Assembly (NCBI GenBank): GCA_028286725.1
Contig: JAQBQZ010000002.1
Coordinates: forward strand, 18,241-82,240
DNA: 64,000 nucleotides
Reading direction: 5' to 3'
From: Candidatus Tayloriibacteriota bacterium
GTDB lineage: Bacteria > Patescibacteriota > Minisyncoccia > Phycocordibacterales > CAIRYW01
The notes below the pieces were generated by a model, which made no database searches, had not been told where the DNA came from, and saw only the letters and a list, made by a program, of their open reading frames with translations. Positions 21,020-29,273 of this stretch are shown piece by piece; the stretch's first letter is position 1; the number at the start of each line of letters is the position of its first letter. A program made the translations under genes and the position numbers.

Positions 21020-21429
21020 TATATTATAAAGCGAAGAAGCTAAAGTACGGAGATGTCAGTGTGAAAATACTGTGGTCTGGTGATATTGGACAAATTAATA
21101 TTTCATGTTATTATTTTTGTGGTCCTGCACATTCAACAACAACTCAATATAAGCAGGGCCAACCAACAACGATATGAAAAAAGGCGAAGGCACAAGTCCT
21201 GCAACTGTGGTGAAAGATTATCCTCAACCTGTTCCTGGTCGACGGGTGTCTGCTGAGCGAGCAACTGAGCTCACTGAGCAGACGACCAAATCAAGTTTGA
21301 AGAGTTCGGGAAATTTTCCTATCAAGCCACCGTTCAAAGGGTGACAAATGAGCTGAATCCGTCGTTTCGCGCTTGCGCGAGATGACGGATTTTCATTTCA
21401 CTTTCGTTTAAAAAAGCTATAATGCTTCT

Positions 21430-22014
21430 ATGATCGACTACATCATCGGTATCGACGAAGCTGGACGAGGACCACTTGCGGGTCCTGTATCTGTTGGTAT
21501 TTGTATTGCACCTGCAGACTTTGATTTTACAATTTTTAAAAATTTGAAAGACAGCAAAAAACTTTCTGAAAAAAGACGGATAGAAGTACTCGCTCAAATG
21601 AAAGAACTTCAAAATACAAAAACAATTAATTTTTCTGTGGCGCTTGTCTCAAATAAAATGATCGATGACAAGGGAATCGTCTTTGCGGTAACGTCTGCCA
21701 TCAAAGCACTTTTGAATAAAATAAATATAGAACCGCACAAAGTAAAAATACTTCTTGATGGTGGACTCAGAGCTCCAGATGAATATATTTATCAGGAGAC
21801 TATTATAAAAGGTGACGAAAAAGAACCTGTCATATCACTCGCATCCATTGTTGCCAAAGTAACTCGAGATGATCATATGGTGAAACTTTCTAAGGGTTAT
21901 CCTGAATATGGATTTGAGATCCATAAAGGCTATGGGACTCTAAAGCATAGAGAAGCGATCAAGAAACATGGGCAGAGTATCGTACATAGGAGAACCTTTT
22001 GTGGGAATATCTAA
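21430..22014 (+). CDS. rnhB: Ribonuclease HII
   Basis: IIGIDEAGRGPLAGPV catalytic motif, 194 aa. Confidence 0.85.
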   Translation: MIDYIIGIDEAGRGPLAGPVSVGICIAPADFDFTIFKNLKDSKKLSEKRRIEVLAQMKELQNTKTINFSVALVSNKMIDDKGIVFAVTSAIKALLNKINIEPHKVKILLDGGLRAPDEYIYQETIIKGDEKEPVISLASIVAKVTRDDHMVKLSKGYPEYGFEIHKGYGTLKHREAIKKHGQSIVHRRTFCGNI

Positions 22015-22055
22015 CAGAATTAGGTATTAGGTATTAAGAATAAAGAATGGTTGAC

Positions 22056-22083
22056 CAGCACCGCGGCATAGCCGCGGTGCTGG
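22056..22083 (+). terminator. Terminator-like hairpin of the GCACCGCGGC-nnn-GCCGCGGTGC family
   Basis: cagcaccgcggc-ata-gccgcggtgctg after rnhB. No strong T-run follows. Confidence 0.5.
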
Positions 22084-22172
22084 TGCATTTCATACTTAAT
22101 ACATAATTCTGAATACTTAATTCTTTTATTGTATTTGTCTTTTTATCCATCTTGGTATATAGTATTACCACT

Positions 22173-22400
22173 ATGGTTATACGAATGAGACATACCCGTG
22201 CGCATACAGGGAACAGACGAAGTCACCACGCGCTTAAAGCGAGAGCTTTAATGCTTTGCGATAGTTGTGGCCAGCCTAAACTCCCTCACAAAATGTGCGC
22301 ATCTTGTGGTAATTTTAAAGGCAAGAAGATTGCTTCCGTCACAAAGAAACTAGACAAAAAAATCAAACGAGTTACGGCTAAAGCTAAAACAAAAAAATAA
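22173..22400 (+). CDS. rpmF: 50S ribosomal protein L32 with Lys-rich C-terminal extension
   Basis: RRSHHALKA motif and CDSCGQ...CASCG zinc-ribbon cysteines. The start could be the ATG at 22173 or 22185; the longest ORF starts at a TTG at 22152. Confidence 0.7.
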   Translation: MVIRMRHTRAHTGNRRSHHALKARALMLCDSCGQPKLPHKMCASCGNFKGKKIASVTKKLDKKIKRVTAKAKTKK

Positions 22401-22440
22401 TTTAGTAAGTTCGGGTTTTTTAAGTTAGTTCTTTAATTTT

Positions 22441-23340
22441 ATGGCGAATAGACATCTTTCGAGGTCAGTGGTCATGCAAACGCTCTTTGAGTGGGACTTT
22501 CATGACAAAAAAATTACTGATCTTGCGCCATCTCTTGAACGAAATGCAGAAGAATTCGCTACTGGTGTAGCGGACGAGCCTTTTATGCGTAAACTTACAG
22601 AAGGTATTCTAAAAAAATATCCAGATCTCGATAAGATCATAAGCAAAGCTGCTCCTGACTGGCCACTCGAAAAGATCGCCACAATTGATAGAAATATTCT
22701 CCGTATTGGACTATTTGAGCTATTGTTTGGAGACAAACTCGAGGTGCCACCAAAGGTTGCAATTAACGAAGCGATCGAACTTGCAAAAACGTATGGAGGA
22801 GAAAACTCTGGTAAATTTATAAACGGAGTATTAGGTGCTGTATACAAAGAGCTAGGAGAACCAGGTAAAGATCAGCAGACTAAGCTCAAAAAATACGAAG
22901 AAATTCCTTATGAGAAAATGGATCTAGAGCAGCTTGGAGGCGCTGTTGTTTATGCTCGTCACGAAGGTGATATTTATCTTGCTTTTGTTCATGATGTGTT
23001 CGGACGATGGACTTTGTCAAAAGGCAGACTCGAAGAGGGTGAAAGTCTTGAGGAAGGTACAGTTCGTGAAATCAAAGAAGAGATGGGTGTGGATATAACA
23101 ATAAAAGAAAAGCTCGGAGACAATGAATATATAGCAAATAGACCTGAGCGAGGAAAATACAGAAAGCATGTTATGTACTTTTTGGCAGAGAGTAAATATC
23201 AAGATTTGAAACTCGGAAATTCTGGAGGGCTTGATGATTGCCGGTGGTTTAAGGTAAACCAGATACTTGACCTTAATTTTTATGATGATATATTGCCGAT
23301 TGTAACCAAGGCAATAAAGCTATTGGCGCAAGGTAAATAA
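22441..23340 (+). CDS. NusB-like antitermination domain fused to a C-terminal Nudix hydrolase domain
   Basis: N-terminal roughly 140 aa is NusB-like (LFEWDF..., IDRNILRIGLFELLF, GGENSGKFINGVLGAVYKE). The C-terminus carries a perfect Nudix box, GRLEEGESLEEGTVREIKEEMGV (Gx5Ex7REUxEExGU). Confidence 0.75.
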   Translation: MANRHLSRSVVMQTLFEWDFHDKKITDLAPSLERNAEEFATGVADEPFMRKLTEGILKKYPDLDKIISKAAPDWPLEKIATIDRNILRIGLFELLFGDKLEVPPKVAINEAIELAKTYGGENSGKFINGVLGAVYKELGEPGKDQQTKLKKYEEIPYEKMDLEQLGGAVVYARHEGDIYLAFVHDVFGRWTLSKGRLEEGESLEEGTVREIKEEMGVDITIKEKLGDNEYIANRPERGKYRKHVMYFLAESKYQDLKLGNSGGLDDCRWFKVNQILDLNFYDDILPIVTKAIKLLAQGK

Positions 23341-23376
23341 AAGCTAAAATAGCGCTATTGCTTTGCAAAATAACTA

Positions 23377-24063
23377 ATGGACTATACAGAAGCAGAAAAA
23401 ACAATAGGAGTAATATTTAACGACAGAACGCTTTTAAAACAAGCGTTTACACATCGTTCATACCTAAATGAAAACAAAAATGCAGATATTGAGCACAATG
23501 AAAGACTCGAGTTTTTAGGGGATGCGGTTCTTGAGCTTGTAGCGACAGATTATCTGTATGCAACATACCCAAAGAAACCAGAAGGAGACCTTACAGCTCT
23601 TCGATCAGCGCTTGTAAACTCTGTGATGCTTGCGAGTATTTCGACAGAACTTGAATTTAACAAATATCTTTTGCTTTCTCGTGGAGAGAGCAAGGATATG
23701 GGGCGAGCACGACAGTACATTCTCGCGAACACTTTTGAGTCTGTTGTAGGAGCAATCTATCTTGATAGTGGATACGAAAAGGCGAAAGAATTTATATCGA
23801 GAGTACTTCTCCCAAAGACAAAAGAGATCGAAGAAAAAAGACTTTGGATTGATGCAAAAAGTTTTTTCCAAGAAAAAGCGCAAGAAAAAACAGGGGTCAC
23901 TCCTTCATACAAGACACTCAAAGAGCACGGACCAGATCATGACAAAGAATTTACTGTAGGGCTATATCTTAACGAACTCCTTGTGGCAGAAGGGCGAGGC
24001 AAATCAAAACAAGAGGCAGAACAAGATGCTGCACGAAATGGATTGGAGGCGAGGAAGTGGTAG
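23377..24063 (+). CDS. rnc: Ribonuclease III
   Basis: ERLEFLGDAVLELVATDYLY signature plus a C-terminal dsRBD. Confidence 0.85.
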   Translation: MDYTEAEKTIGVIFNDRTLLKQAFTHRSYLNENKNADIEHNERLEFLGDAVLELVATDYLYATYPKKPEGDLTALRSALVNSVMLASISTELEFNKYLLLSRGESKDMGRARQYILANTFESVVGAIYLDSGYEKAKEFISRVLLPKTKEIEEKRLWIDAKSFFQEKAQEKTGVTPSYKTLKEHGPDHDKEFTVGLYLNELLVAEGRGKSKQEAEQDAARNGLEARKW

Positions 24064-24107
24064 AAAGATAAATTAAAAAGCAAAGATTAAAAATCAAAAA
24101 TAAATTC

Positions 24108-24140
24108 AAATGCGTCGCACCCGAAGGGTGCGACGCATTT
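24108..24140 (+). terminator. Rho-independent terminator after rnc
   Basis: aaatgcgtcgcaccc-gaa-gggtgcgacgcattt followed by a T-run. A second, minus-oriented hairpin, ggcgacaccgaggtgtcgcc, sits at 24210-24230 after an A-run. Confidence 0.6.
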
Positions 24141-24266
24141 TTGTATTTCCCCTCCCATTCAGACGAAGGGGAGGCTGGGAGGGGCTGTGATGTATGATTC
24201 TTAAAATAAAAAAGGCGACACCGAGGTGTCGCCGTGAATCTAAATCAAAGATCTGTCTCATCACAT

Positions 24267-24509
24267 TCAAGTAGTCACCTCAAACCATCTCTGAGAAAAC
24301 CAATCATATCGAAGTCCATAGGGACGATCAACATCGATCAAAATTTCTATTTGGTCATTTGGGATAGAGATCAAAGCATCAAGAACCATAAATGGTCCAT
24401 CGCCCAAATACAGTATCTGCGTTTTGAGAATCGCTCTCGCTTCCATTGTCCAAATAACGAGGTTGCCTTGTGTGATGACGGGTCTTTTTGTTTTTATAGG
24501 AGCACTCAT
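24267..24509 (-). CDS. Hypothetical small protein (80 aa), divergent from smc
   Basis: ORF with a minus-oriented hairpin plus T-run (24205-24232) downstream of its stop. It lies in the smc upstream region. No motif recognised. Confidence 0.3.
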   Translation of the reverse strand: MSAPIKTKRPVITQGNLVIWTMEARAILKTQILYLGDGPFMVLDALISIPNDQIEILIDVDRPYGLRYDWFSQRWFEVTT

Positions 24510-24552
24510 TCTGGGTTTTCAGTATATCATAAAGGTGATATATTTATATTAA

Positions 24553-26786
24553 TGTATTTAAAATCTTTAGAGATCAATGGCTTCAAATCTTTCGGTAGAA
24601 AGAGTACTTTGGAGTTCAAAACTTCTATCACTTCTATCGTCGGACCAAACGGTTCTGGAAAGAGTAATGTGGCGGAAGCTTTTCGATTTGTGCTCGGAGA
24701 ACAATCGATCAAAAGCATGCGAGGGAAAAGAGGGGAGGATCTCATCTTCAACGGCTCAACAGATGCTGGACGAGCAAATCGCGCAGGGGTGAAACTTGTT
24801 TTTGACAACAGTAAAAAACTTTTGAATATTGATTTTGATGAAGTGTCTATCGAACGAGTGGTGTTTCGAGACGGAGTCAACGAATATTTTATAAACGGAA
24901 GCAAAGTTCGTTTGAAGGATATTTCAGAACTTTTAGCACAAGCCCATATCGGCTCTACAGGGCACCACATCATCTCTCAGGGTGAAGCAGATAGAATTCT
25001 CCATAGCAATCCAAAAGAACGTCGTGAGATGATCGAGGACGCATTGGGCATCAAGGTATATCAATTCAAGATAGAAGAAAGTTCAAAGAAACTTGAAAAG
25101 ACAGAAGAAAATATCAAGCAAGTAGAATCACTTCGAAGAGAAATTGCTCCGCATCTCAGATTCCTCAAAAAACAAGTAGAGAAACTCGAGAAAGCTCGAG
25201 AGCTTAAAGATGAGCTCGTCAAAATGGCGAGAGAATATTTTAAGCGTGAAGAAATTTATGTAAACAAAACAAAGCTCGCAATAGCTGATGAGAAAAATGC
25301 TCCAGAAGGAGAGCTTGCAGAACTCGATCAGAAACTTCTCGATGCAAGAAGGATGGTAGAAGCGGGACTCAAGGATAAAGAACTTCCTCCAGAGATCCTT
25401 ACGATCGAATCAAGTCTGCATTCTGTCCGATATCAAAAGGATGAACTTATGCGAGAAGAAGGGCGACTCGAAGGAGAACTTTCGTATATAAAAAAATCAA
25501 TCGAAAAAGAAGAGAAAGTTCAAAGCGAGATCGGCAACAAGCTTGTGCCGCTTTGGGAAGTTGAAACGCTTGTGAATGATTCAAAGATCTTTTTTGAAGA
25601 AGGGGAGATCGGTGGAACTCTTGAGTCACTTCGCGCTGCTTTCCATAAGATCCGTGAATCTTTGGCGAGATTTGTGCACAAACACAAACAGTCAGATGCG
25701 AATGATGTGCTTTTGAATTTGAAAAAAGAAGCAGATGGAATTCATGGAAAAAAAGCGGTACTTGAACAGAACCTTAAGGGTATAAAATTGGAAGAAGAAA
25801 AACTCATCAAAGAATATGAAGAGAAGCGAACAGAATTTGAAAAAGCGAAAGATGATACGCGTGAAGCCGAAAAAGAGATCTTCAAAATTATTGCACGACA
25901 AAACGAGGTTCGTGGAGCGCTTGATAGAATAAAATCTCGAGAGCGAGAGGTTCTTTTTGATGCAGAAAATCTTGCGAGTGATATGCGAGACATTTCTGCA
26001 CTTGCAGGACTTGAGGTGCTTCATTTTAATGATTTGGAAATCGGCACCGATCTATTTGAAGCTCGAACAGCTCAGCATGATAGACATAAACATCTTGAAA
26101 GACTCAAGATCCGTCTTGAGGAAACCGGAGTTGTCGGCGGCGAAGATCTTCAAAAGGAACATAACGAAACAGAAGAGCGAGATCAATTCTTGGCACGTGA
26201 GCTAGTGGACCTTGAGCAAGCCTCAACTGATCTTCATAATTTGATAAAAGAATTAGGAGAAAGGCTTAATGTGGAATTCCGTGAAGGAGTTCAAAAGATA
26301 AATAATTCTTTTGGAAAATATTTTGCACTTATGTTTGGCGGAGGGCATGCAAGCTTAAAGCTTGTTCGACCAGAACGAAAACGAAAAGCTGAAGACGAGC
26401 TAACGGGAGAGACTGAAGTAAATGAAGAAGATGAAGGAATTGATATTGAGGTGTCGTTACCACACAAAAAGATCAAGGGACTCATCATGCTTTCTGGTGG
26501 TGAAAGAGCTCTTACTTCTATCGCACTACTCTTTGCTATTTCACAAGTAAATCCACCACCATTCGTGATCTTGGATGAAACTGACGCAGCGCTAGATGAG
26601 GCAAATAGCCGAAAATATGGTGATATGATCGAGAATCTCTCGGAGCATTCTCAGCTTATTGTGATCACTCACAACCGTGAGACAATGTCTCGGGCAGGGA
26701 TCCTTTATGGAGTCACTATGGGCAAGGATGCGGTTTCAAAGCTTCTTTCTATCTCATTTGCAGAAGCGGAGCAAGTAGCAAAATAA
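24553..26786 (+). CDS. smc: SMC-family chromosome segregation ATPase (short, 744 aa)
   Basis: N-terminus MYLKSLEINGFKSFG, Walker A GPNGSGKSN, long coiled-coil, signature LSGGERALTSIAL, Walker B FVILDETDAALD. The true start is probably the ATG at 24553, not 24234. Confidence 0.8.
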
Positions 26787-26828
26787 GCCTATTTGACCAG
26801 TTATAAATTATCTGCTACTATATCCCGT

Positions 26829-27122
26829 ATGTTAAAGATCAAATTACAGAGAACAGGACGAAAGCACGAACCAACATTTCGGCTCCTTTTGACTGACTCA
26901 AAGAACAGTACAAAAACAGGTAAATTCCTCGAAGTTTTGGGATCGCATGATTTCCGAAAGGAGAACACAGAGCTCAAGAAGGATCGAATCCTTTACTGGA
27001 TGAAGCAAGGTGTAAAACCTACTCCAACAGTTCACAATCTTCTCGTTACTCACAAGATCGTAGATGCAAAGAAAGTAAACGTTCAGCCACGAAGAACTCC
27101 AAAGGAAAAGAAAACAAAGTAA
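26829..27122 (+). CDS. rpsP: 30S ribosomal protein S16
   Basis: MLKIKLQRTGRKHEPTFRLLLTDSK matches the S16 N-terminus. ATG at 26829; the longest ORF starts at a TTG at 26793. Confidence 0.85.
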   Translation: MLKIKLQRTGRKHEPTFRLLLTDSKNSTKTGKFLEVLGSHDFRKENTELKKDRILYWMKQGVKPTPTVHNLLVTHKIVDAKKVNVQPRRTPKEKKTK

Positions 27123-27134
27123 TATAAAAAATAA

Positions 27135-27166
27135 AACATCGCACCTAGTGCGATGTTTTATTTTTG
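27135..27166 (+). terminator. Rho-independent terminator after rpsP
   Basis: aacatcgcac-ctag-tgcgatgtt followed by ttttattttt. Confidence 0.5.
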
Positions 27167-27261
27167 ATTGGTTTTTGTATTTTTTCTTTCTTGTGTGTTA
27201 TAATCTTTCTCAAGCGGCAGATTGGCTGCGATTACATTAAAAGTAAAATAAAAAATACAGT

Positions 27262-27609
27262 ATGCAAGAAAAAGATGCTCAGTTTCTCGATTTCGTAGTG
27301 AAGTCACTTGTGGACAATCCAAGTGCAGTGGTTATCGGCCGAACAGTAGATGAGATGGGAGTACTCCTTACACTCGCTGTTGATCCAGCTGATATGGGTA
27401 AAGTAATCGGACGACAGGGTAATACAGCAAAGGCGATAAGAACAATGCTTCGAGTAGTAGGTATGAAGAACAACGCTCGAGTAAACTTGAAGATTAACGA
27501 ACCAGAAGGCTCTACACGAATGGACCCGCGAGACAATATGTCAGCACAGGCTCCAGCAAGTAACGCAATGAAGACAGTGGATGAAGCGATGGAAGATCTC
27601 AATATCTAA
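27262..27609 (+). CDS. KH-domain RNA-binding protein (YlqC/UPF0109-like)
   Basis: VIGRQGNTAKAIRTML is the GxxG KH motif. It occupies the position typical for the rpsP-associated KH gene. Confidence 0.75.
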   Translation: MQEKDAQFLDFVVKSLVDNPSAVVIGRTVDEMGVLLTLAVDPADMGKVIGRQGNTAKAIRTMLRVVGMKNNARVNLKINEPEGSTRMDPRDNMSAQAPASNAMKTVDEAMEDLNI

Positions 27610-27629
27610 ATAAAGATTTAAATAAAAAA

Positions 27630-27658
27630 GCACCGCGGCGTAGCCGCGGTGCTTTTTT
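27630..27658 (+). terminator. Rho-independent terminator, canonical GCACCGCGGCGTAGCCGCGGTGC copy
   Basis: Identical 23-nt hairpin to the one at 2332-2354, followed by T6. Confidence 0.7.
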
Positions 27659-27809
27659 ATTATGGTATGATTTGTCTTAGAGTTGTCCAGCAATCCTGGA
27701 TATAAAAGATGAAAAGAGGATCGAACGAGGGATCTGTTCTTTGGTAACAAGTCTGCGACCGGATGACATGGCGTTTTTCTTTGCTTTTACTTGCTTACCC
27801 ATCTTCTTT

Positions 27810-27857
27810 GAATCCCTGAGTACGTAAGTGCTCAGGGATTCCGGTTTTATTATTTTT
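27810..27857 (+). terminator. Terminator-like hairpin plus U-tract closing an unannotated element upstream of trmD
   Basis: gaatccctgagtac-gtaa-gtgctcagggattc (14-bp stem, 1 mismatch) followed by ggttttattattttt. It lies about 150 nt downstream of the KH-gene terminator. Confidence 0.45.
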
Positions 27858-27873
27858 GTGGTATAAAGAATTT

Positions 27874-28599
27874 ATGAAATTCCATGTTATCACTCTTTTC
27901 CCAGATCTCGTCGCCTCGTATCTCTCCGAGTCTATTTTGGCACGGGCAATAAAAGAGAAGAAGATCAAAGTATCTTTCTACAATCCTCGTGATTTTGTTA
28001 AACCAACTAAGATTCAGAAGGGTAAGGATAAGCCGTATCTTCGAGTAGATGATAAACCATATGGTGGAGGTCCAGGAATGATCATTCAGGCAGAACCTGT
28101 ACTCAAAGCGATCGAAAAAGCATTGAGTAAAATCAAAACTCAAAAATCAAAACTCAAAAATAAAATTCAAAAGGTAAAAGTTAAGATCATATTTTTCTCA
28201 CCAAGTGGTAAAAAGTTCGATACTGAATATGCAAAAGTAAGTGCCGAAAAATATACTGACATAATACTCATTTGCGGGCGTTACGAGGGGATCGATGCAA
28301 GAGTCAAAAAGATCTTTAAGACTGAGGATATTTCTATTGGAGATTATGTACTCACGGGTGGAGAGGTTCCTGCGATGATCGTCATTGATAGCATCTCAAG
28401 ACAGATCGAAGGAGTACTCGGGAACTTTGACTCTCGAGAGGAAGAACGGATCGCGTCATCCGATGTCTATACTCGGCCAGAAGTCCTAGAATTCAAAGGT
28501 AAAAAATACAAAGTCCCAAAGGTGCTCCTTTCGGGGAATCATAAGGCGATTGAAGAGTGGAGAGGAAATCAAAAAGTAGAAATCAAAGATCAAAAATAA
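27874..28599 (+). CDS. trmD: tRNA (guanine37-N1)-methyltransferase
   Basis: MKFHVITLFPDL N-terminus, SPOUT-fold motifs (GRYEGIDARV, LTGGE). It has an internal Lys-rich insertion (KIKTQKSKLKNKIQKVKVK). Confidence 0.85.
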   Translation: MKFHVITLFPDLVASYLSESILARAIKEKKIKVSFYNPRDFVKPTKIQKGKDKPYLRVDDKPYGGGPGMIIQAEPVLKAIEKALSKIKTQKSKLKNKIQKVKVKIIFFSPSGKKFDTEYAKVSAEKYTDIILICGRYEGIDARVKKIFKTEDISIGDYVLTGGEVPAMIVIDSISRQIEGVLGNFDSREEERIASSDVYTRPEVLEFKGKKYKVPKVLLSGNHKAIEEWRGNQKVEIKDQK

Positions 28600-28600
28600 A

Positions 28601-28637
28601 TTCAAATGCACCGCAGCGTAGCTGCGGTGCATTTGAA
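28601..28637. terminator. Bidirectional terminator, variant of the GCACCGCGGCGTAGCCGCGGTGC family with compensatory changes
   Basis: ttcaaatgcaccgcAgc-gta-gcTgcggtgcatttgaa. G>A on the left arm is matched by C>T on the right arm, which keeps the stem. Confidence 0.65.
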
Positions 28638-28700
28638 TTTAGAAATAAAAAAAGCACAGAGGTCGTGAGACGTGTGCGATGCGGTTTGTGGAAAAATTAT

Positions 28701-28940
28701 TTAAGGAACGATTTCAAACAAATTCAGAGACACGATTGTGGTACCTCCTCCTCTGTCCCAATCAACACAAATTTCTTCTGCTTTTGTGTCTTCTGTCGAT
28801 TCGACAACGGTGCCGAAATTTCCTTTGTCTGCGCGGCATGCTTGTTTATTGTGCACCCAGCGGATGCTGGGGACTGCGCATACAACTCTTGTTCCTGGGG
28901 CGGGTAGGGTGGTGGTCATATTTTGTGGTAGTGGTTCCAA
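28701..28940 (-). CDS. Hypothetical small protein (79 aa) in a GC-richer island
   Basis: ORF MEPLPQNMTTTLPAPGTRVVCAVPSIRWVHNKQ...GGGTTIVSLNLFEIVP. Its composition is protein-like, unlike the overlapping plus-strand ORFs. A bidirectional terminator lies downstream at 28601-28637. Confidence 0.3.
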   Translation of the reverse strand: MEPLPQNMTTTLPAPGTRVVCAVPSIRWVHNKQACRADKGNFGTVVESTEDTKAEEICVDWDRGGGTTIVSLNLFEIVP

Positions 28941-29076
28941 ATAAATTTATACAATAATATTTTGATTTATGCAATATTCACCTGGTAAATTCTCTACTAA
29001 CTTAGCATCGCGGCTACGCCGCGATGCTATCTATTCTATATACAATATACGACATACTATATTCTAATTTATACAC

Positions 29077-29104
29077 TTGCAACCTGTAAAGGCTATGCTA
29101 TAAT
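29077..29104 (+). promoter_or_regulatory. Sigma-70-type promoter upstream of rpoB
   Basis: TTGCAA - 16 nt - TATAAT, followed by a roughly 170-nt leader before the rpoB ATG at 29274. Confidence 0.5.
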
Positions 29105-29273
29105 CACGAACGACATAGCAAGATTGTGTTATTCAGAGCGTGTCAAGTATTTCACATATTATAAGCGTTTAGTTAACATCTTGCTCATCTACTAAACTGT
29201 AAGAAATTAGGACAATTCTCATGAAGGAGGAATTGTTTTGATTTTTTCTGTTTTATTTTGAGAAAAATAAATT

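Noticed and set aside
21170-21400. RNase P RNA or tmRNA in the GC-rich dnaE-rnhB spacer
   Set aside because: Conserved P4 motifs (GGAAAGUCCGGGC, ACAGAACCCGGCUUA) and the tmRNA tRNA-like 3' end with an ...ANDENYALAA-like tag frame are absent. The island is kept as an unknown structured region instead.
27700-27790. Possible minus-strand tRNA (GTTCGATCC T-loop-like string)
   Set aside because: No acceptor or T-stem complementarity could be built around it. GATC...GATC is only a 4-bp self-complementary pairing.
28557-28957. Plus-strand ORFs 28557..28907, 28679..28957 and 28738..28944 downstream of trmD
   Set aside because: Cys/Leu/Arg-rich junk-like translations that mutually overlap. Only the minus-strand 79-aa frame is retained, at low confidence.
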